Assembly: GCA_947085195.1 (NCBI GenBank)
Contig: CAMTVM010000005.1
Coordinates: forward strand, 39,190 to 103,189
DNA from: an uncultured Chloroflexota bacterium
Lineage (GTDB): Bacteria; Chloroflexota; Limnocylindria; Limnocylindrales; CSP1-4
Direction of reading: 5' to 3'
DNA length: 64,000 nucleotides
Every line of letters starts with the position of its first letter. Within the stretch, counting starts at the first letter, position 1. Below the pieces are notes generated by a model, which worked only from the letters and a program-made list of their open reading frames with translations, did no database searches and was not told where the DNA came from. The translations under genes and the position numbers were made by a program. Shown here in pieces: positions 1 through 8,560 of this stretch.

Positions 1-606
1 CCGCAGCTCGGCCAGGATGTCCTCCACACGGGCGAGGTTGCCCTCGGCCTCGGCGAGCTGCTCCTCGGCCTTGCGACGCCGGCGCTCGTGACGGCGCACC
101 CCGGCGACCTCCTCGAACAGCGGCCTCCGTTCCTCGGGACGGAGCGCCAGCGCCTGTTCCACCATGCCCTGGCCGATGAACAGGAAGGCGTTCTCCGCCA
201 GGCTGGCGGAGTCCAGGAGATCCTGGAGATCCCGCAACCGGACCCGCTGCCTGTTCAGCAGGTAGTCGTTCTCACCCGAGCGGTAGAGACGCCGGCCCAC
301 CTCGACGACGGCGAAGTCCACGGGCAGGAGCCCGTCGGCATTGTCGAGGACCAGCGTCACGTCGGCCATGCCCTGGGCGCTGCGCCGCTCGGACCCGGCC
401 CAGATGACATCCTCGCTGCGCCGGATGCGGAGCGACCGTCCCTGCTCGCCCATGGCCCAGCGCAGCGCGTCGGCGAGGTTCGACTTGCCGGAGCCGTTAG
501 GTCCGACAATCGCGCTGATCCCCGGGCCGAACTCGACGAGGGTGCGCTCGGCAAAGGACTTGAACCCCTGGACCCGCAGACCCAGGAGGCGGGCCGGTGC
601 GGTCAC
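1..606 (-). CDS. smc: Chromosome segregation protein SMC, N-terminal part (gene runs off the window start)
   Basis: The minus-strand translation from GTG at 606 reads VTAPARLLGLRVQGFKSFAERTLVEFGPGISAIVGPNGSGKSNLADALRWAMGEQ..., the SMC N-terminal Walker A head. GTGA overlap with the rnc stop. Absent from the ORF track because it is open at the window edge. Confidence 0.9.
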   Translation of the reverse strand, partial: MTAPARLLGLRVQGFKSFAERTLVEFGPGISAIVGPNGSGKSNLADALRWAMGEQGRSLRIRRSEDVIWAGSERRSAQGMADVTLVLDNADGLLPVDFAVVEVGRRLYRSGENDYLLNRQRVRLRDLQDLLDSASLAENAFLFIGQGMVEQALALRPEERRPLFEEVAGVRRHERRRRKAEEQLAEAEGNLARVEDILAELR

Positions 607-1442
607 GATCCGGGGCCGGCGGGATCCATGGGCTCAGGGTCGGACGGGTCCGCGCCTGGGGTCGCGGCGTCTTCCGGAGTCGGAGTCGCGGCGTCTCCCG
701 CAGCCGGGGGCGCGACGCCGCCGGAGTCGCGGACAGCCCGCGCGGCCATGCGCTCCCGGCGGATGGCCTCCAGCGCCTCCGTTGCAGCGGACGTTTCCGC
801 GATCCGCCGGGAGGGTCCGACGCCGACGCCCAGCGAGCGGCCCTCCACGACCACCTCGATCCGGAACTGCCGCTCGTGGTCGGGGCCCAGGGCTTCGACC
901 AGCCGGTAGAGCGGCCGCTCACCGGTGGTGCGCTGGGTATGCTCCTGCAGACGGCTCTTGGGCGACTTCAGGGTCGTCAGGGCCGAGTCCGCGGCAATCT
1001 CCTCGGCCGCGAGCGCCTGGATCCAGTCCCGGGCGGTCTCCCAGCCAAGGTCCACGCAGATGGCCCCCACGAGCGCCTCGAACGCCGAGGCGAGGAGGGA
1101 CGGGCGGACGCGGCCGCCACGCTGGGCCTCACCCTCGCCGAGGAGAAGGTAGGTCCCCAGGTCAAGGCGGGCCGCAAGTCGGGCGAGACCGGTGGTGCTG
1201 ACGATGGCGGCGCGACGCGCCGACAGCACGCCCTCGTCATCGGTGGGGTGACGCCGGTAGAGCGCCTCCGAGACGGCGAGGCTGACCACCGCGTCCCCGA
1301 GGAACTCAAGCCGTTCGTTGTGACCCGGCGCGGAATCGGGGTGTTCGTGCAGCCAACTGCTGTGGACGAGCGCCTGCGCGAACTGGTCGCGATCCCGGAT
1401 CGGAAGGCCGAGGCGTTCCGTCAGGGCGTCGGCCGGGTGCAT
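603..1442 (-). CDS. rnc: Ribonuclease III
   Basis: RNase III signature ERLEFLGDAVVSLAVSEALY and a C-terminal dsRBD (ERQFRIEVVVEG...). Start set at MHPADAL (ATG 1442), inside the longer track ORF 603..1529. Confidence 0.93.
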   Translation of the reverse strand: MHPADALTERLGLPIRDRDQFAQALVHSSWLHEHPDSAPGHNERLEFLGDAVVSLAVSEALYRRHPTDDEGVLSARRAAIVSTTGLARLAARLDLGTYLLLGEGEAQRGGRVRPSLLASAFEALVGAICVDLGWETARDWIQALAAEEIAADSALTTLKSPKSRLQEHTQRTTGERPLYRLVEALGPDHERQFRIEVVVEGRSLGVGVGPSRRIAETSAATEALEAIRRERMAARAVRDSGGVAPPAAGDAATPTPEDAATPGADPSDPEPMDPAGPGS

Positions 1443-1461
1443 TGGGCCCCGGTCGACGGGG

Positions 1462-1698
1462 TCAGGAGGAGTGCTCGTCGATGTAGTCGGCGGCGTCCTG
1501 CACGGTCCGGATCTTCTCGGCGTCCTCATCCGAGATCTCGGTCCCGAACTCCTCCTCGAGGCTCATGATAAGTTCGACGAGGTCAAGGGAGTCGGCATTG
1601 AGATCGTCGACGAAGGAGGCCTCGGGGACGACATCGGCCTCGTCCGCCCCCAGCTGCTCGATGACGATCTTCTTCAGCCGGTCGTACGTACTGGCCAC
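1462..1698 (-). CDS. acpP: Acyl carrier protein
   Basis: 78 aa with the phosphopantetheine attachment motif [13 protein letters not shown]. Confidence 0.95.
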   Translation of the reverse strand: MASTYDRLKKIVIEQLGADEADVVPEASFVDDLNADSLDLVELIMSLEEEFGTEISDEDAEKIRTVQDAADYIDEHSS

Positions 1699-1725
1699 TG
1701 ACTCTCTCCTGGTGCCGGGGTGTCC

Positions 1726-2190
1726 CTAGCGGGATGCGTTGTGTTCGCGGGCAACCCGCCCGAGAACGCCGTTCATGAGCCGTCGCATTGGTTCGCCCGA
1801 GTAGGTGCGAGCGAGCTCGACCCATTCCGCGATTGCCGCCCGGGCCGGCGTCGCGGGGGAGTGTAGCACTTCGCACAGGCCGCATCGCAGCAGTGCGCGG
1901 TCCATGCGGGCGAGCTGGACGACCGGGTACAGGGGGGCTGCCACGCTGATCTGCTCGTCGAGCGTGTCGCGGTGGGCGACCACGTTGGCGACGATCTCGC
2001 GAGCCAGCGCGGCAGCCTCCTTGTCCTCCTCGAGGGCGAGGTGGCGCTCGACGATCGCATCGGGGGTGCGCTGCCCGAACTCCGCCTCGAAGACGGCCGC
2101 GAGCGCGAGACGGCGACCGGCCCGGCGCCCCCGGACGCGATCCTCGCTGATGCGGTCCAGGCGCGGCCGCGGGGCGTCAGGCCCCGACAC
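1726..2190 (-). CDS. nusB: Transcription antitermination factor NusB
   Basis: 154 aa with NusB-like helices (ALAAVFEAEF..., MDRALLRCGLCEVL, EWVELARTYSGE, NGVLGRV). Confidence 0.88.
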   Translation of the reverse strand: MSGPDAPRPRLDRISEDRVRGRRAGRRLALAAVFEAEFGQRTPDAIVERHLALEEDKEAAALAREIVANVVAHRDTLDEQISVAAPLYPVVQLARMDRALLRCGLCEVLHSPATPARAAIAEWVELARTYSGEPMRRLMNGVLGRVAREHNASR

Positions 2191-2485
2191 CGTCCACCAG
2201 GACGGTTACGCCGCCGAGCTCGAGGCCCAGCAGTCGGATGACCGCGGCGCCGACGGCGGCCCGAACCTGAGCGGCGAGTGGGACCAGTTGCTGGCGAGGG
2301 CGGGCGACCAGCCAGACCGTCACGTGGACGCGGCCGTCCCGCACGCGGATGCGCACCGGCGAGCCGGCGATCACGTTGCGCCAGGGGGGGCCGCCACGGC
2401 CCACGCGGACCACGCCGGGGACCTCGAGCGCGGCCAGCCGAACCGTGTCCCGGATCACCCCGGGGCCGACCGATAGGATGGGCAT
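2177..2485 (-). CDS. Asp23/Gls24 family envelope stress protein
   Basis: 102 aa with Asp23-like IRDTVRLAALEVPGVV...VHVTVWLVARP. Lies upstream of nusB, as in Firmicutes yqhY-nusB. Confidence 0.8.
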   Translation of the reverse strand: MPILSVGPGVIRDTVRLAALEVPGVVRVGRGGPPWRNVIAGSPVRIRVRDGRVHVTVWLVARPRQQLVPLAAQVRAAVGAAVIRLLGLELGGVTVLVDGVGA

Positions 2486-3597
2486 CAGGCGCCTGCCTCC
2501 GCGATGGCGGCCCCTGCGGCCGCGTCTCCCATATCGTGGCGCACCGCGGCCCCCAGCGCTTCGGCAATCCGCTCCGCGACGCGCTCGCGGGCGGTTGTGG
2601 CGCCAACGCGGACGGCGTGCTCGATCATGCGCCGCCTCGCGCGACCGTGCGTGATGATGACCGCCCCGCGCACGCCCAGGAGCGGCGAACCACCGACGAC
2701 CTCGTAGTCGAAGGTCGTGCGGATGCGCTGGATCGACGGCCGCATGAGCAGGTATCCCAGGCGTCCGCGGAGCGAGCCCCGGAACTCGGCCCGCAGCAGG
2801 TCGAAGATGTACCCCGACAGGCCCTCGAAGAACTTGATCACGACGTTGCCGAGAACTGCGTCGCAGACGACGACGTCCGCCGAGAACTGCGTCAGGTCCT
2901 TGCCTTCGACGTTGCCGATGAAGTTGAGGTCCGTCTCGTCGAGCAACTCGGTCGCGCGGACGATGCGGGCGTCGCCCTTGCCCTTCTCCTCGCCGATCGA
3001 CAGCAGGGCGACGCGCGGCCGCGCCACGCCCAGCACGCGTTCCGAGAAGATCGCGCCCATCAGCGCGTACTGCGCGAGGTTCTCGGGCGTGGAGTCCGGG
3101 TTCGCCCCGATGTCGAGCAGCACGAACGGGTTCTCGGTGCCGACCATCTGGATGGCGAGCGCCGGTCGATCGACGCCACGCAGGCGACCCAGGCGCAGGA
3201 CCGCGGCGGCCATGCCCGCCCCGGTATGGCCCGCGGTGACGACCGCGTCCGCCTCGCCGTTGCGGACCAGGTCCGTGGCAACGAGGATCGTCGCGTCCTT
3301 CTTCTCGCGGAGCGCCAGCGCGGGGTGCTCGTGCATCTCCACGACCTGCGAGGCGTGGACGGTGCGAACGTTGGCGGGGCGGTCCGCGAGGAATCCCGCA
3401 AGGACCGCCTCGTCCCCGACCAGGATGACCATGTCGGCTGGGTGGCTGCGGGCGTAGGCCAGGGCGCCGGGTACCACCTCGGCGGGACCGTGATCCCCGC
3501 CCATCGCGTCCACGGCAACGCGTACGCCGCGGCCCGGTGCCGCAGCGGATGCGACGGGACCGGTCGGGACCGTGGTGGGATCCTCGCTCGGTCTCAC
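2485..3597 (-). CDS. plsX: Phosphate:acyl-ACP acyltransferase PlsX
   Basis: VAVDAMGGDHGP motif and full-length PlsX similarity. Lies downstream of rpmF as usual. Confidence 0.94.
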   Translation of the reverse strand: MRPSEDPTTVPTGPVASAAAPGRGVRVAVDAMGGDHGPAEVVPGALAYARSHPADMVILVGDEAVLAGFLADRPANVRTVHASQVVEMHEHPALALREKKDATILVATDLVRNGEADAVVTAGHTGAGMAAAVLRLGRLRGVDRPALAIQMVGTENPFVLLDIGANPDSTPENLAQYALMGAIFSERVLGVARPRVALLSIGEEKGKGDARIVRATELLDETDLNFIGNVEGKDLTQFSADVVVCDAVLGNVVIKFFEGLSGYIFDLLRAEFRGSLRGRLGYLLMRPSIQRIRTTFDYEVVGGSPLLGVRGAVIITHGRARRRMIEHAVRVGATTARERVAERIAEALGAAVRHDMGDAAAGAAIAEAGA

Positions 3598-3604
3598 GAC
3601 CCGG

Positions 3605-3817
3605 TTATGCGGACTCCTCGCCCGCCGCAGGCCCGCCGGCCGGCTTCATCTGGACGGCCTGGCGGCCCTTGTACCACCCGCAGGCCGGGCATACCCGGTG
3701 CTGCAGCTTCGGCTCGTGGCAATGCGGGCACTCGACGAGCGTCGGCAGGGTGAGGGCGAGGTGGCTCCGGCGCTCCATCTGCCGCGCGTGAGCGACCTTT
3801 CGCTTCGGCACACCCAT
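3605..3817 (-). CDS. rpmF: 50S ribosomal protein L32
   Basis: MGVPKRKVAHARQMERRSH...CPHCHEPKLQHRVCPACGWYKG, 70 aa. ATG at 3817, inside the longer track ORF 3605..4225. Confidence 0.95.
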   Translation of the reverse strand: MGVPKRKVAHARQMERRSHLALTLPTLVECPHCHEPKLQHRVCPACGWYKGRQAVQMKPAGGPAAGEESA

Positions 3818-3950
3818 GTCGGTATCCTGCTCCTCTCGGGGGCTGTTCAAGTCGCGGGTGGACCCCGCGCAGCGTTCTGTGGTCGTCCCGGCACCCGTCG
3901 ACACGGGCACGCAAACGCGCGACCACGGGTCCGAGGGCCGGATGGGCAGT

Positions 3951-4547
3951 CTACCCCGTCTCGTCGTCCGCGTCGACCCGGAAGGCCCGCAGGACCTCGA
4001 GGCGCGGATCGATGACATCGTCATGCCCGGGATGGCCGGGCTCAAGGCGTTCGCCACACTCCGTGCACAGGCCGGGGCAGTCAGGTTCGCACAGCGGCGC
4101 GATCGGCTCCTGCAGGCTGATGGCCTCACGGACCAGCGGCCGAAGCTCAAGCTCGTGATGGTCCGTGAGGCGCGGCATCTCCGTATCCGAGCCCTCCTCC
4201 AGCTCGACGGGCAGTCCGCTGGCAAGGTCGATCGTCGGCAGGACCTCCTCGTCGATCCTGAGCCTGATGGGCGTCACCAGCGGCCGGAGGCAACGGGCGC
4301 ACTCCCCGGCCAGCGCGGTCCGCAGCTTCGCGTCGACGATGAGGCCACGGTTGGTGTGCGAGAGCCGGATGGTTCCACTCACGGGCTCCGCGGTCTTCAG
4401 GCCATCGCCGGGGTCCACCTCCACGGCGTCCAGTTCGTACTCGCGCACCGTGCCCGGAAGCTCAGCAAGGAGGCCGGCGACCGCGAACACCAGTGGATCG
4501 CCATGCGGGTCGACGGGGTGGGTGCCCCGCGAGTCCCGGACGGTCAT
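3951..4547 (-). CDS. yceD: YceD/DUF177 family protein (23S rRNA accumulation protein)
   Basis: 198 aa with CxxC...C..CPGLCTECG cysteine motifs, in the canonical position upstream of rpmF. ATGA overlap with the upstream gene. Confidence 0.85.
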   Translation of the reverse strand: MTVRDSRGTHPVDPHGDPLVFAVAGLLAELPGTVREYELDAVEVDPGDGLKTAEPVSGTIRLSHTNRGLIVDAKLRTALAGECARCLRPLVTPIRLRIDEEVLPTIDLASGLPVELEEGSDTEMPRLTDHHELELRPLVREAISLQEPIAPLCEPDCPGLCTECGERLEPGHPGHDDVIDPRLEVLRAFRVDADDETG

Positions 4548-5095
4548 CGCCGTCCGGCCGGCGAGGCTCCCTGCTCCTCGTCCTCGATCTCGTCCTGGGC
4601 ATCCGCGTCGTAGGCGCCCGCCTCATCCACGGCCGGGATCGCATACGAGACCCGGCGCTCGTCAAGCATGGCGATGCCGCGCTCGATCCCGCGCAGGGTC
4701 CGCGTGACCTCGGACTCGAGAGCCGCCATGACGCCGGCGGCGTATTCGTCCGCGCCCTGGCGAACCAGGTCCGCCTCCTCTTCGGCCCGTGCGATGAGCC
4801 GATCGCTCTCGTCCCGGGCAGCGTCGGTGAGTCCGCGCTCCCCGATGAGGAACGCGGCCTGTTCCTGGGCGCGAGCGACGATGCGCTCCGCCTCTTCCTG
4901 CGCCTTCTCGATGATCCGCTCGCCCTCGGAGTTGATCCGCTTGGCGGCCCGAACCTCCTCGGGCACCGCGACCCGCAATTCGTCGATCAGGTTGAGGGCG
5001 GCGTCCCGGTCCACGATGGCGTTCCGCGTCAGGGGCAGCGGCCTGCCGTTCGCGATCAGCGACTCGAGGCGCTCGACGAGAAAGATGATGTCCAG
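4544..5095 (-). CDS. Conserved coiled-coil protein (ATP-synthase-b-like / function unknown), probable CTG start
   Basis: Charged heptad-rich sequence EKAQEEAERIVARAQEQ.... The track ORF starts at GTG 5014. The 27 in-frame codons upstream (LDIIFLVERLESLIANGRPLPLTRNAI) look like the family N-terminus and follow GGGAGG plus a 7-nt spacer. Confidence 0.7.
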   Translation of the reverse strand: MDIIFLVERLESLIANGRPLPLTRNAIVDRDAALNLIDELRVAVPEEVRAAKRINSEGERIIEKAQEEAERIVARAQEQAAFLIGERGLTDAARDESDRLIARAEEEADLVRQGADEYAAGVMAALESEVTRTLRGIERGIAMLDERRVSYAIPAVDEAGAYDADAQDEIEDEEQGASPAGRR

Positions 5096-5169
5096 CGGAC
5101 GGCCTCCCGTGCGCTCGCAGCCCCGGCGGGGCGCCGCTGCCGATTATGGCACGCGGCGGGGGTCGCGCC

Positions 5170-5664
5170 CTAGCGCTCCGGCAACGCCTCGCGCAGTGCG
5201 ACGGCCGCCTCGGGCGGAACCATCCGGGCCACGTCGCCGCCGAACAGGGCGATCTCCTTCACGAGGCTGGAGCTGACGTACGAGTGCTCGAGCGAGGTCA
5301 TGAAGAACACGGTGTCCACGTCCGGTGCCAGCTGGTGGTTGTTGTGAGCGAGCTGGAGCTCGGTTTCGAAATCGGCGATGGCGCGCAGACCACGGACCAG
5401 GAACCCGGCGCCGACCGTCCGGCAGAACTCCACGGTGAGCCCGTCGAAGGTGCGGACCTCGACACGGCCGGCCAGCGACGGGTCCGCCTCGATCGCCCGG
5501 CCGATGACGTCCACCCTGGTGGCGGCGTCGAGCAGGGGGGTCTTACGCGGATTGGCGAGGACGGCCACGACGACCCGGTCGAACACGCGCGCGGCGCGAC
5601 GGATGACGTCGACATGGCCGTTGGTGATCGGGTCGAAGGAGCCCGGGTAGACCGCCACCTTCAC
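5170..5664 (-). CDS. coaD: Phosphopantetheine adenylyltransferase
   Basis: MKVAVYPGSFDPITNGHVDVIRRA, the classic CoaD N-terminus. Confidence 0.95.
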   Translation of the reverse strand: MKVAVYPGSFDPITNGHVDVIRRAARVFDRVVVAVLANPRKTPLLDAATRVDVIGRAIEADPSLAGRVEVRTFDGLTVEFCRTVGAGFLVRGLRAIADFETELQLAHNNHQLAPDVDTVFFMTSLEHSYVSSSLVKEIALFGGDVARMVPPEAAVALREALPER

Positions 5665-6275
5665 GCCTTGCTCGCCTCCTCCTCACCGGGCCCTGGGCCC
5701 GGATCGCCCGGCAACCGCCGCCGGTAGAACGTGAGCGCGGTCTCGCCGAACCGCCGCTGCCGATCGGATGCTAGCAGCCCGACCTCGGCAGGCGGCCGGT
5801 CGCGCCAGAAGTGCTTGGCCACCACGACCCCGCCGGGCGCCAGGTGCGGCCCGACCAGCTCCACGGACCGGACGAGCGATGCCGTGTCCGCGTACGGCGG
5901 GTCCACGAGGACGAGGTCGAACGGGCCTTCTGCGGCGGCACCGGCCGGGTCTGCGAGCCACGTGATCGCGTCGCGGCGGACCACCCGCCCTGCGTTCTCC
6001 AGGCGGGTCCGCCGGAGGTTCTCGACCAGGACGCGGACAGCGCCACCGTCCATGTCCACGAAGGTCGCCCGGGCGGCGCCCCGTGAGAGCGCCTCGATAC
6101 CGCCCGCGCCGCTGCCTGCGAACAGGTCGAGCACCACGGAACCCTCCAGGCCGGGCTCCAGGACGGCGAACAGGGCCTGTTTGACGCGGTCGGCGAGGGG
6201 GCGCGTCCCCGGTCCCGGCGCGGCCAGGCGCACCCCTCGCGCGCTGCCCGCGATGACGCGTCCCGCATCCGCCAT
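5661..6275 (-). CDS. rsmD: 16S rRNA (guanine966-N2)-methyltransferase RsmD
   Basis: RPLADRVKQALF...LDLFAGSGAGGIEALSRGA...DPPY motifs. Start set at MADAG (ATG 6275). Paired with coaD as usual. Confidence 0.9.
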   Translation of the reverse strand: MADAGRVIAGSARGVRLAAPGPGTRPLADRVKQALFAVLEPGLEGSVVLDLFAGSGAGGIEALSRGAARATFVDMDGGAVRVLVENLRRTRLENAGRVVRRDAITWLADPAGAAAEGPFDLVLVDPPYADTASLVRSVELVGPHLAPGGVVVAKHFWRDRPPAEVGLLASDRQRRFGETALTFYRRRLPGDPGPGPGEEEASKA

Positions 6276-6277
6276 CG

Positions 6278-8560
6278 TCAGGCGGCGCTCGCCGGGTCGC
6301 CGGTATGGACGCGCCGCAGCCAGCCCTGTTCCAGCTCCGCGCGCAGCTCCGGCGGGTCGGTTGGCACCTCGCCATCCTCGCCCACGAGCACCTCCGCGTA
6401 GGCACGCGTCCTGGCGGCAAGGTCCCGGTGGTCCGGGTTGGCCAGGGTCGCCACCCGGAGACGAGGCAGGCCGCTCTGGGCCAAACCCAGGACGTCGCCC
6501 TCCCGTCGCAGCTCGAAGTCGCGCTCGGCCAGGGCGAAGCCGTCCGTCGTGGCCGCGACGGCCTTGAGCCGCTCGTGCTCGGTGGTGCCCTCGGCCGCCT
6601 CGCTGACCAGCACGCACCAGGACGCCGCGGTCCCCCGGCCCACCCGGCCGCGGAGCTGGTGGAGCTGCGCGAGCCCGAAGCGCTCCGCCCCCTCGATGAC
6701 CATGAGCGTCGCTTCCGGAACGTCCACGCCGACCTCGATGACGGTCGTCCCGACCAGCACCTCCAGATCGCCGTCCCGGAAACGGGCCATCTCCGCGTCC
6801 CGGTCGGCGGGCTTGAGGCGGCCGTGGACCAGGCCCACCCGGAGCGGCACCAGGAGCCCCTTCAGCCGCTCGAACTCGGCCTCGGCGGCCGCGGCCCAGA
6901 CCGTCTCCACGTCTTCGTCCGGCAGGTCGTCGTCACCTTCGAACCCACCTTCCTCCCCGGTCTCGGAGCCCGGCTTGGCCGCTGTGCCGATGCGGGGCAC
7001 GACCACGAAGGTGCGGTGACCGGACGCCGCCTCGCTCCGGGCGAGGCTCCACGTCCGTTCGAGGTTGTCCGGCCGGCGAATCCCTGTCCCGATCGCGATC
7101 CGGCCTTCAGGGGTCGTTCGCAGCGTGGACACGTCGAGGTCTGCATAGACCACCTGTCCCAGCGTGCGAGGGATCGGCGTGGCGGTCATCAGGAGCACGT
7201 GGGGCGCCCCACGGACGGCCTTGACCTCGAGTGCCCCTCGCTGCTCCACCCCGAACCGGTGCTGTTCGTCCACCACCGCCAGCGCGAGGTCCGCAAAGTT
7301 GACGGCGTCCTGGAGCAACGCGTGCGTGCCGACCACGATCGGCGCCTGTCCGGAGGCGATCGCCTGCACCGCGTTCCTCCGGCCTTGCCCGCTGAGCGAC
7401 CCGGTGAGCAGCGTAACCGGAATCGCCAGGTCATCGAGGAGGTCGGCGAGCGTGGCGGCGTGCTGGCGTGCGAGGAGGTCGGTGGGCGCGAGGAGCGCCG
7501 CCTGGCGGCCGGCGAGGGCAGCGGCTGCCAGTGCCCAGGCCGCCAGCGCGGTCTTGCCGGACCCGACGTCGCCCTGGACCAAGCGCAGCATCGGGACGGG
7601 ACGGGCGAGGTCCGCGCGAATCTCGTCCAGGGTGGCGTCCTGGTCCGCGGTCAGGGTGACGGTGCGCCCGAGCTTGCGCGAGAGCGACGCGGAGAGGGCG
7701 CCGCGAATCCGACTGTCCGACCCGGACTCCACGGGAATCGGCACCGTCCTGGCCCGGCCGCGGGCACGGCGGCGGGCAACCATGCCCAACTGGAGCGCAA
7801 GCAGCTCGTCGAAGGCGAGCCGGCGCAGGGCCCGGTCCCGGACGTCGAAGTCGGTCGGATAGTGGGCTGCCTCCAGGGCCTCGGCGATCCCCGGCAGGGC
7901 TTCGGCCGCCCGGATGGTGTCGGGCAGGTACTCCGGGTAGGCGTGGCCGGCCCGGTCGAGCGCCTCTCGCATCGCCAGGCGCAGTCTCGTTGCGGTCAGG
8001 CCGCGGGTCAACCGGTAGACGGGGACGATCCGGCCGGCGTGGAGCAGCGACACGGCGTCCGTGCGCTGGAACTCAGGACCCTCGAACACCAGCCCGAAGC
8101 CCTTGTGGCGGACCTTCCCCGAGAGCAGGATCTCGTCGCCGGGTCGGACACGGCGCTCGATGTACCGCCGCCCGAACCAGGTCGCCTCCGCCGTGCCGGT
8201 ATCGTCCGCCAGTTGGGCCGTGGTGATCTGCACCTTGCGGCGCCACGTCTTCTCGACGTGGATGGCGGCAACTCGGGCACGCGCCGAGACCACCGTACCG
8301 TCGGCCACACCGTACAGGTCCCCGAGCGTCCGCAGCTCGCGGAGGTCGTCGTAGCGGCGCGGCAGATGGAACAGCAGGTCGCGGACCGTCTCCACGCCCA
8401 GGTGCCGGCCCGTGCGGCGCAGCACCGCCGCGGACGCAAGCCCCGACTGTCCCAAACCGAGCGAGAGTCTGGCGACGGGATCGTCGGCTGCCGGAATCGC
8501 AGGCTTCGGACGGAGCGAGCGGCTGCCCCGCGCGGGTGCTGACCGCCTGCGCTCGCTCAC
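6278..8560 (-). CDS. recG: ATP-dependent DNA helicase RecG
   Basis: 760 aa with a wedge domain and SF2 motifs (GDVGSGKT, VVDEQHRFG, MTATPIPRT, QLHQLRGRVGRG). Confidence 0.95.
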   Translation of the reverse strand: MSERRRSAPARGSRSLRPKPAIPAADDPVARLSLGLGQSGLASAAVLRRTGRHLGVETVRDLLFHLPRRYDDLRELRTLGDLYGVADGTVVSARARVAAIHVEKTWRRKVQITTAQLADDTGTAEATWFGRRYIERRVRPGDEILLSGKVRHKGFGLVFEGPEFQRTDAVSLLHAGRIVPVYRLTRGLTATRLRLAMREALDRAGHAYPEYLPDTIRAAEALPGIAEALEAAHYPTDFDVRDRALRRLAFDELLALQLGMVARRRARGRARTVPIPVESGSDSRIRGALSASLSRKLGRTVTLTADQDATLDEIRADLARPVPMLRLVQGDVGSGKTALAAWALAAAALAGRQAALLAPTDLLARQHAATLADLLDDLAIPVTLLTGSLSGQGRRNAVQAIASGQAPIVVGTHALLQDAVNFADLALAVVDEQHRFGVEQRGALEVKAVRGAPHVLLMTATPIPRTLGQVVYADLDVSTLRTTPEGRIAIGTGIRRPDNLERTWSLARSEAASGHRTFVVVPRIGTAAKPGSETGEEGGFEGDDDLPDEDVETVWAAAAEAEFERLKGLLVPLRVGLVHGRLKPADRDAEMARFRDGDLEVLVGTTVIEVGVDVPEATLMVIEGAERFGLAQLHQLRGRVGRGTAASWCVLVSEAAEGTTEHERLKAVAATTDGFALAERDFELRREGDVLGLAQSGLPRLRVATLANPDHRDLAARTRAYAEVLVGEDGEVPTDPPELRAELEQGWLRRVHTGDPASAA

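Noticed and set aside
1462-3817. Absence of fabH, fabD, fabG and fabF between plsX and acpP, with asp23-nusB in their place, as a possible rearrangement of interest
   Set aside because: Gene order around plsX and acpP varies widely between phyla. Without the rest of the genome this is just lineage-specific synteny, not evidence of anything unusual.
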